DNA from: an uncultured virus (IMG/VR IMGVR_UViG_3300047554_000629)
Lineage: Duplodnaviria; Heunggongvirae; Uroviricota; Caudoviricetes
Direction: 5' to 3' (one strand)
DNA: 20,000 nucleotides
IMG/VR virus record: IMGVR_UViG_3300047554_000629
Span: 51,779-71,778 of that record
The notes under the pieces are model-generated. The model had not been told where the DNA came from, ran no database searches, and worked only from the letters and a program-made list of their open reading frames with translations. Positions 1 through 8,024 of the stretch are shown here, one piece after another. The position numbers and the translations under genes are program-made. How positions within the stretch are numbered: position 1 is the stretch's first letter; each line of letters opens with the position of its first letter.

Positions 1-1695
1 AACTTCCCTTGGGCCGCATACCGATACGATCCAATCGGCTATGCGTACAACGTCCTTGGCCTCACGTTCCTTTCCGACGATCAGAAGATTGCACTGCGAG
101 CGGCTGTAACGCCTCCGTACCGAGTGCAAATTGACGCCGGAAACGCTGTTGGCAAAAGCCTAACCTGCGCCGTCTTGGCCTCATGGTTCTACGACTCATA
201 TGACCCAGGCTGCGTTTTCACTACGGCCCCGACGCACGATCACGTTGTCCGCGTGCTCTGGGCGCAAATACGCTCGCTTAGGTCCAATGCCAAGATGAAG
301 CTACCGATGGACTTCATCGGGCCAGCTGCACCTGAGATGCGATCATCGGAATATCACTTTGCAAAAGGCCTGACCGCCTCGAAAGGAGAGGCGCTCAAAG
401 GTTCTCACTTGCAGAATATGTGCTTCATATTCGACGAGTCTGAAGCATTGCCGGTGATGTACTGGGAATCTGTTCGCACGATGTTTAAGCCGCAGCCGGG
501 TATGCTGTGGCTATCCGTGGGCAACCCGACAACCACCAGCAGCGCTGCATTCCTTGAGTCCACTCGCACGGATGAGAACAAGAAGCCGTTCTGGCGCAAC
601 CTGCGCATGAGTGTGCTCAATCACCCAAACATCATAGCTGGTCTCCAAGGGCTTCCGCCGCCAATCCCAAACGCCGTCGATGTCGGCATGGTGGATGACT
701 GGGTGCGACGACTATGCACGCCTCTCGATGAAAAAGAAGAAAAAAAAGCCACTGACTTCCAGTGGCGAGGAAGATGGTATCGGCCAAGCGGTGAAGCCGA
801 GACGGTCATTCTCGGCTGTCGCCCGTCAACAGGAGCATCCGGCGTTTGGTCAGACTCGCTCTGGGAAGCCTGTTGCCATCTCGATTTGCCGTTCCCAATC
901 GATCAACCACCCGAACTTGGCTGTGACGTGGCCAGAGTCCTTGGTGGCGATGATTGCGACATTCACGCACAATGGGGCGGCAACTCTCTCGCCCATGACT
1001 CTGCCAATGGCCGCTCTATACCAGCTACCATCGCTCGTCTCAAAGAGATGGCCGAAGAAGTATGCGAGTTTGCCAACGCCAAGAGAAAGGAACTTGTGGC
1101 CACTGGCAAATACTCACCCGAAGAACTCTCCAGGGCTCAAATCCACAAGCCGTGGGTTCCCAAAGAAATACCTGTCAAGATCGACGATTGCGGCATCGGC
1201 AACGTCATCACCGACTTTGCAGACGGCTGGAACTTCATCCCAGTCAACCCAGGCTGGGCTGCAAAGCAAGACCTACGTTATCCCAACGTCCGAAGCGAGC
1301 TGTGGTTTGAGACCCAGGAGAAGGCCATACTGTTCGGCCTCAGCATGAAGCACCTGTCTGAAGATGATCAGCAGATGCTGCGTATCCAATCCTTTGCGCC
1401 AAAGTGGGAGTTGGATGCTAGACGCCGACGAGTTGTTGAGAGCAAAGAGGACACAAAGAAACGACTTGGCCGCTCGCCAGACGGCATGGACGCATTCAAT
1501 CTTGCCCACTTCCATGCCAACTTTGGCGTGGCCTCATTGGCAGGCATCGAAACCGGAGTATCACGAACAGACCAGACGATGGGCGCACGAATCGGCATCG
1601 GCGGCAGGGGACAGAGGGGCTCGCCTGCGAGTGTTCCAGACGAGCCGCCTAGAAGAGACGAGAACAAAGTTACTCTGTGGGGGAGGCGGAAATAG
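1..1695 (+). CDS. terL: Phage terminase large subunit, 5'-truncated (frame open from base 1)
   Basis: Frame open from position 1 (NFPWAAYRYDPIGYAYNVLG...). Walker A-like AGNAVGKS, TAPT motif, Walker B FIFDESE, coupling motif VGNPT, RNase H-like nuclease LGCDVAR...DCD and C-terminal ESKEDTKKRLGRSPDGMDA. Confidence 0.93.
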   Translation, partial: NFPWAAYRYDPIGYAYNVLGLTFLSDDQKIALRAAVTPPYRVQIDAGNAVGKSLTCAVLASWFYDSYDPGCVFTTAPTHDHVVRVLWAQIRSLRSNAKMKLPMDFIGPAAPEMRSSEYHFAKGLTASKGEALKGSHLQNMCFIFDESEALPVMYWESVRTMFKPQPGMLWLSVGNPTTTSSAAFLESTRTDENKKPFWRNLRMSVLNHPNIIAGLQGLPPPIPNAVDVGMVDDWVRRLCTPLDEKEEKKATDFQWRGRWYRPSGEAETVILGCRPSTGASGVWSDSLWEACCHLDLPFPIDQPPELGCDVARVLGGDDCDIHAQWGGNSLAHDSANGRSIPATIARLKEMAEEVCEFANAKRKELVATGKYSPEELSRAQIHKPWVPKEIPVKIDDCGIGNVITDFADGWNFIPVNPGWAAKQDLRYPNVRSELWFETQEKAILFGLSMKHLSEDDQQMLRIQSFAPKWELDARRRRVVESKEDTKKRLGRSPDGMDAFNLAHFHANFGVASLAGIETGVSRTDQTMGARIGIGGRGQRGSPASVPDEPPRRDENKVTLWGRRK

Positions 1696-2344
1696 GCGCG
1701 AGTTGCGCCGATTTCTTCTTATCAAGCATCTCAGTCAAATGCTTCCGAATGGCCGAATTTTGGTCATCGCATTGCTTATTGTAATCGAACAAGTCTTCGG
1801 GACTGTTGAAGAACATCCTGCCTACCAGTCGTTGGTCTTCTACGCGGAATCTGTCGTCTTTGTCAATGAAGCAGAACTCTTTCTCTGATGAAGCCACCAG
1901 CCTGAACTGGTTCCCATCGCTATCAAACACCGTCATGTTCACGCCAAACACGCAACCAGGATGCTCAGGGTCAGGAAACTTTTCACGAGCGTCTCGAATG
2001 TCTTTTGCCGACAGGCAGACCTCGGTATTGTGATAAACAAGCACAATCGTCTTCAGTTTGCCCCAGTCCAAGACGGCCTTGTACCGTATCGATTCATAGT
2101 CTTCGCCGAAGCCCGTGTACGTAAAGCCATAAGCGGCCCCGACGCAGTTGTCGTCATAGAAGACAATCTCGCCGGAGAACGGAACCTGATCGCCGTCAAG
2201 CGACAGGCCACGCTCCATTTCAATCCAATATGTCTCAAGATGGCAACCAAGGCTCTTCGTCTGGTACTGATGGCGCGCATCCTTGATGAAGTTCGCCTTC
2301 TTCGGCAGCGGCGCAGTGCAGATGATCGTGTCATACATTCCCAT
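1670..2344 (-). CDS. Conserved phage hypothetical protein (MGMYDxI..PLP..QTK type)
   Basis: RBS CAGGAGG before ATG 2344. The N-terminal pattern is recalled from phage hypothetical proteins. Overlaps the terL 3' end by 26 bp. Confidence 0.7.
   Translation of the reverse strand: MGMYDTIICTAPLPKKANFIKDARHQYQTKSLGCHLETYWIEMERGLSLDGDQVPFSGEIVFYDDNCVGAAYGFTYTGFGEDYESIRYKAVLDWGKLKTIVLVYHNTEVCLSAKDIRDAREKFPDPEHPGCVFGVNMTVFDSDGNQFRLVASSEKEFCFIDKDDRFRVEDQRLVGRMFFNSPEDLFDYNKQCDDQNSAIRKHLTEMLDKKKSAQLAPISASPTE
1691..1713. repeat. 23-bp imperfect palindrome AATAGGCGC-GAGTT-GCGCCGATT (copy 1, contains the terL stop codon)
   Basis: 1687-1715 is identical over 29 bp to 15331-15359. Confidence 0.85.
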
Positions 2345-2666
2345 TCTTGGCCTCCTGTTCTTCAATCAAAGCCACAGCTTTCTTCAGGCAGTCAAGGCAA
2401 ATGTCTGGTATTGTGTTGGTGGGGTCCATTGCTTCGCCAATTTCGACTGCGTACAACGGCGTGCATCCGCACTCATCGCATAAAACCTCAGTCCATGCTT
2501 TGTTCCCGATAACACAGTCAATCGCATCGGGATCAAGATTGTCTCCTACTGGCTTGAGCGATTCCAGTTTTTGCAATTTATCCTGGAAATGCGAGGCTGA
2601 GCGGAATTGATTGCGCCATCTTTGGGCAGCAGTGTTTGCCAGAATTTGCCGCGTAATCAGTCTCAT
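2331..2666 (-). CDS. Hypothetical protein with CxxC...CxxC zinc finger
   Basis: RBS GAGG before ATG 2666. CDEC and CLDC motifs. Overlaps the next gene. Confidence 0.7.
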   Translation of the reverse strand: MRLITRQILANTAAQRWRNQFRSASHFQDKLQKLESLKPVGDNLDPDAIDCVIGNKAWTEVLCDECGCTPLYAVEIGEAMDPTNTIPDICLDCLKKAVALIEEQEAKNGNV

Positions 2667-2667
2667 G

Positions 2668-3207
2668 TCATTTCCTCTCGTTTTGCTCTTGAGCGTAGTT
2701 GTCGTCCTGGCCCTGTCGTTGTTCCAGTGCCGCCACGCGGTCCTGAAGCTGCTGGACAAGCATCTTCACTTTACGGATGCTGCCTGGTCCTCCGTCTGAG
2801 TATGTGCCTTCGACGGTCAACGGTATTGCAGCAGCAATCCCATTAACGGAATTAACCGGCATCCAGTTCGCACTGAAGTCTTCAAGCCCCATGAAGCTCA
2901 GTTCTCCCGTCCTGTCAATCACATACTCGACTTCTTTGAAAATCTTTTTGACTGTTGCCAATGTGGCCAAAGGGCCGTACCTGTTGACGTACCGCCCGCC
3001 GACGACAACCTCGTCCGGTTCTGGCGGCGCGTCGGACTTGAGGGTCATCTCTTTGATTGTTTTTACGCTGAATGGCACTAGGCTTCCGCCGTGTCCAATT
3101 GTTTTCATCACCGCAACCGGCGTGCCATCTTCATAGCTATCGAGATGGACGACAAGCCGATCAACTCGGCTATCCGACCACACTTGCCCTACTTTCACTT
3201 CGGTCAT
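2668..3207 (-). CDS. Hypothetical protein
   Basis: RBS AAGGAG before ATG 3207, ATGA overlap with the upstream gene, C-terminal coiled coil. Confidence 0.65.
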   Translation of the reverse strand: MTEVKVGQVWSDSRVDRLVVHLDSYEDGTPVAVMKTIGHGGSLVPFSVKTIKEMTLKSDAPPEPDEVVVGGRYVNRYGPLATLATVKKIFKEVEYVIDRTGELSFMGLEDFSANWMPVNSVNGIAAAIPLTVEGTYSDGGPGSIRKVKMLVQQLQDRVAALEQRQGQDDNYAQEQNERK

Positions 3208-3449
3208 GGCTCGCTCCTTTTTTCGTCTGCGCAAATTGAAACCGCCATTACAGCCGACCCAAACAAAATCGCAAAAAGCAGTATCCCAGCTACAATGCCC
3301 ATTATCGACCAGGGATTCCCTGTTGTGTTTCCGCCTCCAATTCTAACCCACTCTGGCCCGTTTATATGCACATACTGGCACACCAGAACAACAGACACAG
3401 ACGCCAAAGCCCAGGCGATGATGGTGAACACTAAACGAAGCGTCTTCAT
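3204..3449 (-). CDS. Small membrane protein with two hydrophobic segments
   Basis: Two long hydrophobic stretches. Start and stop are coupled to neighbouring genes. Confidence 0.6.
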   Translation of the reverse strand: MKTLRLVFTIIAWALASVSVVLVCQYVHINGPEWVRIGGGNTTGNPWSIMGIVAGILLFAILFGSAVMAVSICADEKRSEP

Positions 3450-3553
3450 GACTGCCCGCCTTTCAGTTCTTGGAGGGCCACTTCGAGCCAGATGATCATG
3501 ATTTTCCGTAGGTCATCCCAGGTAATTGCCGACAAGCGATCTCTGTCGATCAT
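3446..3553 (-). CDS. 35-aa hypothetical protein (MIDRDRLSAITWDDLRKIMIIWLEVALQELKGGQS)
   Basis: Read by hand. Fills the gap in the operon and ends in an ATGA overlap with the 3449 start. Confidence 0.4.
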   Translation of the reverse strand: MIDRDRLSAITWDDLRKIMIIWLEVALQELKGGQS

Positions 3554-3559
3554 TGATCT

Positions 3560-3748
3560 CTACAGAGTATCGTTATACCTGTCATGCATTTGCTTGAATA
3601 CTGATCTTGCTTTCAAAAAATCACCTGTCAAAATCATGCTTGCAAAAATCTGCATGTCCTTGCAGCACTTCATGACATCATCTTGTGAAACTAAATTAGG
3701 AACCTCTGGCTTCTTCATGTTGGCCAACGACGGAACAGACGCAACCAT
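3560..3748 (-). CDS. Hypothetical protein
   Basis: RBS CAGGAG, then ATG 3748 immediately after the DUF1064 stop. Confidence 0.55.
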   Translation of the reverse strand: MVASVPSLANMKKPEVPNLVSQDDVMKCCKDMQIFASMILTGDFLKARSVFKQMHDRYNDTL

Positions 3749-3749
3749 G

Positions 3750-4133
3750 TTAAATCTCCTGGATGTCAATACCGAACACAGCACGCATCAACTTGTACTT
3801 GATCCGGTAAGCACGGTTCTTCCTGGTGATCGCCGACTTCACATCCTCAACGACTTCACGGCCGTCTACTGTGCGCTTATATCTGAAGTCTGCGATGAAA
3901 TCGCAGACATGGACGCCGTTGACCTCGATACGGTACTTCACCTGCCGATCAAGTTCGTAAATAGCCCCGGCTGCAAGCATATTTTGCAACTGCTGCCAGC
4001 GGGCAAATTCCTTCTTGCTGTCGAAGCCGTTGGTTTTCACGTTGCCGTACTTCGGCCTCTTCTTTTTGCCGCCGCTTTCGGTCAGTCGGCCTTCACGGCG
4101 AGCACGCTCAAGACCTGCACGAAGAGATGCCAC
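3750..4133 (-). CDS. DUF1064-family protein (PD-(D/E)xK nuclease fold)
   Basis: KYGNVK..FDSKKE..R..QL, IADFRY, VVEDVKS and YRIKYKLM motifs. GTG start at 4133 after RBS GGAGG. Confidence 0.88.
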   Translation of the reverse strand: MASLRAGLERARREGRLTESGGKKKRPKYGNVKTNGFDSKKEFARWQQLQNMLAAGAIYELDRQVKYRIEVNGVHVCDFIADFRYKRTVDGREVVEDVKSAITRKNRAYRIKYKLMRAVFGIDIQEI

Positions 4134-4135
4134 GG

Positions 4136-4726
4136 CTATTCCTCCAGGGCTTTGTACAGACCAGCGATCCACTTGTTGGCACTGGTAACTGACTCAATGT
4201 GCTTGTCCCTTGATTCTTTGGCCGACGCAACATCCTTCTCAAGTCTCGCTATTTCGGCCTGCTTCCATTCTTCGGCAGGCACAACGCTTGGCACGTCCAT
4301 CTTGAAACAATAGCAATCGAAATCGATGGACTCCTTTAGCTGCTTGATCATGAACTCCTTCAGACCCTTGTATTCATCGGGGCAAGGCCACATCATAACC
4401 TTCCCAAGCATGGCAGAATACCGACCATACTCAAGACGCTTCCTTAGTATGTATTCTTGGTTTTTGGCAATGAGCGATGCAATCTCTCTCTGCTGAGCAT
4501 CGAGGATGTCCTTCTCACTCATAGCCTTGGCCGCTGCAAGTTCTGACTCGTCTTCTTCCACGATCTTTTGGTAGTAATCGCTCGGTTCTCGCTCCTTCGG
4601 CGGCTGGTCAAAAGAGTCGTCCCGCTGATGCATACACGCGCCCATCCCTCTTGCGCACTGCAACGCAAACTCCCTGAGAGTCGTCACCTTGCCTTCTTGA
4701 ACCTTGCAAGTGTATCCTGTCGGCAT
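4136..4726 (-). CDS. Conserved phage hypothetical protein (MPTGYT type)
   Basis: MPTGYT...FALQCARGMGAC..RD N-terminus and LKEFMIKQL..SIDFDC motif. RBS AAGGAGA. Confidence 0.8.
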   Translation of the reverse strand: MPTGYTCKVQEGKVTTLREFALQCARGMGACMHQRDDSFDQPPKEREPSDYYQKIVEEDESELAAAKAMSEKDILDAQQREIASLIAKNQEYILRKRLEYGRYSAMLGKVMMWPCPDEYKGLKEFMIKQLKESIDFDCYCFKMDVPSVVPAEEWKQAEIARLEKDVASAKESRDKHIESVTSANKWIAGLYKALEE

Positions 4727-4763
4727 AGCAAGTCTCCTTGGGTGTGATGAATCGTGTTATGCC

Positions 4764-4791
4764 ATTGTACTACATCGCCAGAACTTGGCAA
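4764..4791 (-). promoter_or_regulatory. Sigma70-type promoter TTGCCA-N16-TACAAT for the 4726-1670 operon
   Basis: Near-consensus hexamers just upstream of the RBS and ATG at 4726. Confidence 0.6.
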
Positions 4792-4809
4792 CAAGATTCC
4801 AGAATCCAT

Positions 4810-4832
4810 AATCGGCGCATTTCGCGCCTATT
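4810..4832. repeat. 23-bp imperfect palindrome, copy 2 (inverted): AATCGGCGC-ATTTC-GCGCCTATT
   Basis: The arms are the exact reverse complement of the copy 1 arms. It sits 18 bp upstream of the -35 box at 4786-4791. Confidence 0.8.
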
Positions 4833-5442
4833 AGTTAGGAGAGCCTAATGGCCAAAAGCGGTCGTCAGATGATTGGTAGATGGACCGTGTGCTTTATTCC
4901 TGCAAGGTAGCCGAAGCACCTTGAGAGAAGCGGTCAACAGACACTCAGGATTCCACGCAAAGGCCATTCAAAAAACAATCATGGTTTCAGAATTACTGAA
5001 CTTGCAGTCCCAGGTTGTCAGCATTGGACAGGGCCTGGAAATTGGTTGATTGGTTTTGAATGTGAACCGCCGACCCCACGGAAGGTCGGGTTCCTGCTGG
5101 TGGATACGCACAGCGGCTTGTGAGCCGTTGTGCTGCAACCGATTTGCCGCTCGTTTGGTTTGATTGGCTGAATTGGCTGCACACGCCGCCGATATGGGCG
5201 GCTCGCTGGGCCGATGGACCCCGGCTTTCGGAGAACCACTCCAGACCGCTCCTGGGCTTCAGTCACCCTGGGCAGCGATGGGATTAGATTAAAGTGGCTG
5301 CTTTTTTCGGCCCAAGAATCCTTCATGTCGCCTTCTGGCAAACGAGCTTTTTCCCACTAGACAGAAATGCTGAACGTGCTACACTAACACTGTCAGCTTT
5401 GGTAGTGGCCACCGGGTGCTCGTAAAACAACCCGGTGGCCAC
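4833..5442 (-). ncRNA. Candidate structured non-coding RNA or regulatory tract A
   Basis: No convincing ORF. Serial hairpins (e.g. GCACAGCGGCT-TGTG-AGCCGTTGTGC, GCCGCC-GATATG-GGCGGC, CGACC-N8-GGTCG). Preceded on the minus strand by TTGACA-N16-TAAAAA. Confidence 0.4.
5358..5385 (+). promoter_or_regulatory. Promoter TAGACA-N16-TACACT with extended -10 TG, antisense to the leftward block
   Basis: Hexamers seen directly. Followed by a 13-bp hairpin and a T run. Confidence 0.5.
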
Positions 5443-5450
5443 GTCTTTTT
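5405..5450 (+). terminator. Perfect 13-bp hairpin GTGGCCACCGGGT-N12-ACCCGGTGGCCAC followed by GTCTTTTT
   Basis: Inverted repeat 5405-5417/5430-5442 with a downstream T tract. Confidence 0.55.
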
Positions 5451-5473
5451 ACCACATCCGCCAAGCATGTCAA
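5446..5473 (-). promoter_or_regulatory. Promoter TTGACA-N16-TAAAAA with extended -10 TG
   Basis: Perfect -35 box. The -10 box lacks the last T. Located just after the stop codon at 5481. Confidence 0.5.
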
Positions 5474-5480
5474 CGCAAAA

Positions 5481-5681
5481 TCATCTTGGCTTTTTGGATT
5501 TGTTCTTCTTGGTTGCCAGCATCAGCGACTTGCGAGCTGCACGAAATTCCCGTTTGTCTCGGCATTGCTGCTGGTACAGGCCTTCAGGATCGTGGACATG
5601 GCAGAACCATTTGCCGTTTCGAACTCGGTCTGCGTGGATAGGGCAATCCAGGCCCTTTGTTGTGGTCGCTGAGCATTGCAT
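5481..5681 (-). CDS. Small basic CCCH-type zinc-finger protein
   Basis: QCSATTTKGLDC...WFCHVH motif and K/R-rich tail. RBS CAGGAG. Confidence 0.7.
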   Translation of the reverse strand: MQCSATTTKGLDCPIHADRVRNGKWFCHVHDPEGLYQQQCRDKREFRAARKSLMLATKKNKSKKPR

Positions 5682-5683
5682 AA

Positions 5684-5992
5684 TCATCTCCTGTACTTCG
5701 CTGCTCGCCGTCTTGATGCTCCTCTGCCGTTTCTTCCAAGGATGCACTTGTTGAAAGTGCATCTATTCCCGTACCTGTCATCCTTCTTGATCGGCCAGCC
5801 TTCCTCAAGGAACCTTGTCAGCACCATAAACTCCCAGCCGTGTTTAGTTACAATGCTGTAGTTCGGCTTGTGAATCGAAACCTCGCACCGCGAAACCTCA
5901 GAGTCCATTGTTGCGCGATGCTCTTTCCACTTCGTTTCGCCAGCACGGCGAACGAACCCAGGAGTTCCAGCATTGATCTTTAGGCCACGCAT
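5684..5992 (-). CDS. Hypothetical basic protein
   Basis: 102-aa ORF coupled to the next gene. Confidence 0.5.
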   Translation of the reverse strand: MRGLKINAGTPGFVRRAGETKWKEHRATMDSEVSRCEVSIHKPNYSIVTKHGWEFMVLTRFLEEGWPIKKDDRYGNRCTFNKCILGRNGRGASRRRAAKYRR

Positions 5993-6061
5993 ATTTTCAG
6001 GGTAGTGTATTCTTACACACCATTCAAGACATATCTAAAGAATATGATAAGCCTACAGGAA

Positions 6062-6645
6062 CGGGAAGCGCGCAAGAACCCCTGGTTATTGGGGGTTCCT
6101 GCGCTTTCGCAAGCCGTACAGTATACGGTATAGCGGCGTAGCACAAGCAACTTCAATCATAGACGAGCTATGACGCCGGACCAATCCGGTTGAGGACGTG
6201 CTTGATTAACCTCATCCTCGGAGGTTTAGTGTTTAGCCACCTCCCGTTGCCTCTGCGTTGGCCAGAGGGCTTAATTCCCTATCGAGATTCAGGCGGATGC
6301 CCGCCAAAGTCGTCGCATACTGGCCTTGTGGCCAAGCCCTGGGCAAAGACAAACCACCCAGGACGGGCAGATCGGTTCCCACGTTTCCTGTGGGACTGGC
6401 TTCGTGAACCAAGGGCGGTATAAGCCCTCACCGTCTGGTCGCTGCACTTCCTGACTACGGCAGCAAAATCGTATTCCCAATTGTCCCCGCAGGGCGGCTA
6501 GGGAGCCGAATTTTCTCATTCAGGGAGTTTTCAATCGTTTTAGGGGTTGCCACCGAGACGTGCATCTGTTAAGGTGCATTTGTCTCACAGCAGCCGCGTT
6601 GCTTGTGAACCAGTGCCCCGGAGTGTTAAGCTCGCGGGGCACAAT
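6062..6645 (-). ncRNA. Candidate structured non-coding RNA tract B (about 15 serial hairpins)
   Basis: No convincing ORF. Dense array of short inverted repeats directly downstream of the promoter at 6656-6683. Confidence 0.45.
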
Positions 6646-6655
6646 TCATTTACAC

Positions 6656-6683
6656 AGCATAACACACTTCCAAGCCATTGCAA
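6656..6683 (-). promoter_or_regulatory. Promoter TTGCAA-N16-TATGCT with extended -10 TG
   Basis: Hexamers seen directly, just downstream of the sigma gene stop at 6712. Confidence 0.55.
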
Positions 6684-6711
6684 CACAATTCAACGGAATT
6701 CTTCCCCATCG

Positions 6712-7458
6712 TCAACAAACAATCCTGCCAATGTTCCGAAACAGCCGATCATCGGCCTTGCGTTCGCGCTCTACGACTCTGTACAGGTGATCCACAAGCG
6801 GCTTGAACTCACGCATCTTGGCCAATGACTTGGCCTCGATCTGCCGGACCCGCTCTTTGCTGATCCCAAGGTCATTGCCGATGTCCTCAAGGGTTTCTCC
6901 ACCAACGAATCGCCGGACGATGATGCTGTAATACCGCTTGTCGAGGCAGAACGACATGAGGGCCTTGGTCTCTGGCGCAAGGTCTTCTGGAACTTCCTCA
7001 TACTCTGGCCGATCAACAAAATCAAGCTGGTTGGCATCCCTGAACCTGGAGGATGCTTTGATCTGATTTTCGACCACTGACATTGGCAGTACGTGGATTC
7101 TCTTGATCCACTCGTGTTCTTTTGTTGCCCCGATTCTGGTTGTTGCTTTACCAGCGGCCTTATGGATGCAGTTCTTGATCCAGTGGAACGAATATGTTCC
7201 CTTTGAGGCTCCGTGAGACGGATCGTACCGGACAAGGGCCTCGCACATGCCCAAGACACCGGCCTGAATGAAGTCATCGAGCCAGTTGAGGTACAGTTGG
7301 CCTTGTTCGTGGATGTTTGTCATTGCGGCCAGGATGTAGGCGCACCTTCGGGCCTCCTTGTAGACAAGTTGCATGTTGGCCATCACCCATTCCTGATCTT
7401 CTTTGTCAAGCCTTGACTTTGGCTCTTTGGATTGGACAATTCCTTCTGCCGATAACAT
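6712..7458 (-). CDS. Phage-encoded sigma-70 family RNA polymerase sigma factor
   Basis: Region 2 (NMQLVYKEAR...DDFIQAGVLGMCEALVRYDPSHGASKGTYSFHWIK) and region 4 HTH (ETLEDIGNDLGISKERVRQIEAKSLAKMR). RBS AGGAG. Confidence 0.92.
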   Translation of the reverse strand: MLSAEGIVQSKEPKSRLDKEDQEWVMANMQLVYKEARRCAYILAAMTNIHEQGQLYLNWLDDFIQAGVLGMCEALVRYDPSHGASKGTYSFHWIKNCIHKAAGKATTRIGATKEHEWIKRIHVLPMSVVENQIKASSRFRDANQLDFVDRPEYEEVPEDLAPETKALMSFCLDKRYYSIIVRRFVGGETLEDIGNDLGISKERVRQIEAKSLAKMREFKPLVDHLYRVVERERKADDRLFRNIGRIVC

Positions 7459-7545
7459 GGTGATCTCCTAGTCGTGCTCTGTGAAGTCGGCCAAGGGCGG
7501 GCGGATTTGTGACCGCGCCGCCCATTTTCTTTTCCGCCGCCGAGT

Positions 7546-7701
7546 CTAACCTTTCTCTTGTGGCATTTCAAGCAATTTCTGATGGCTAATCAGGTCTTTG
7601 GTGATCATCAATGCCAACCTGACGATTTTGTTCACTTTGAACCGCACAACGCCATCGATATTAACTATCAATGGCTGCATCGGGTGTTTTGCTGTGCTCA
7701 T
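7546..7701 (-). CDS. 51-aa phage protein (KHPMQPL...GVVRFKxNKIVR), possibly truncated
   Basis: Read by hand. ATGA overlap with the 7698 stop. The N-terminal motif is recalled from a longer phage family. Confidence 0.5.
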   Translation of the reverse strand: MSTAKHPMQPLIVNIDGVVRFKVNKIVRLALMITKDLISHQKLLEMPQEKG

Positions 7702-8024
7702 GGCTTCAGGTGCTCCCTTACATCATACGGCAGCGGAACGTACTCGACTTTGAGTATCCAAACTTCATACGGCTTGCCAGCAGGTTGCACCGTCCCCGTT
7801 GGGCCTTTCTCAAGACTGACGAACTTGGCAAACATCCACGGGCAGTCATGATGGGATCGCGGGATTCTCAGTCCGCCGACACCGAAAAACTCAGGCGGGA
7901 CTGGCGTAGGCGACAAAAACGTGTCGGGCTTCACATCACCTAGTATGCTCCGCACATGATTCCACGGCATCACACCGTCGTAAGACAGCATAGATATGCT
8001 GTCTTTTAAGACTGACCCTCTCAC
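7698..8024 (-). CDS. Hypothetical protein
   Basis: GTG start overlapping the upstream stop, RBS GGAGG. Confidence 0.55.
   Translation of the reverse strand: MRGSVLKDSISMLSYDGVMPWNHVRSILGDVKPDTFLSPTPVPPEFFGVGGLRIPRSHHDCPWMFAKFVSLEKGPTGTVQPAGKPYEVWILKVEYVPLPYDVREHLKP

Noticed and set aside
680..1348. 222-aa alternative-frame ORF inside terL near an A-rich run (possible frameshift site)
   Set aside because: The terL frame is intact through both domains, and the alternative product is S/P/R-rich with no motif.
3492..4313. 273-aa plus-strand ORF
   Set aside because: Antisense shadow of the DUF1064 and neighbouring minus-strand genes, which have RBSs and recognisable motifs.
5018..5341. 107-aa minus-strand ORF in tract A (and short ORFs at 6190-6519 in tract B)
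   Set aside because: No clear RBS or family motif. The QPIQPIKP stretch just reflects the DNA repeats. Coding is not fully excluded.
4833..6645. CRISPR array, tmRNA, RNase P RNA, SRP RNA or group I/II intron as the explanation for the structured tracts
   Set aside because: No regularly spaced identical repeats, and I could not find the hallmark motifs of these RNAs by eye. A covariance-model search is still needed.
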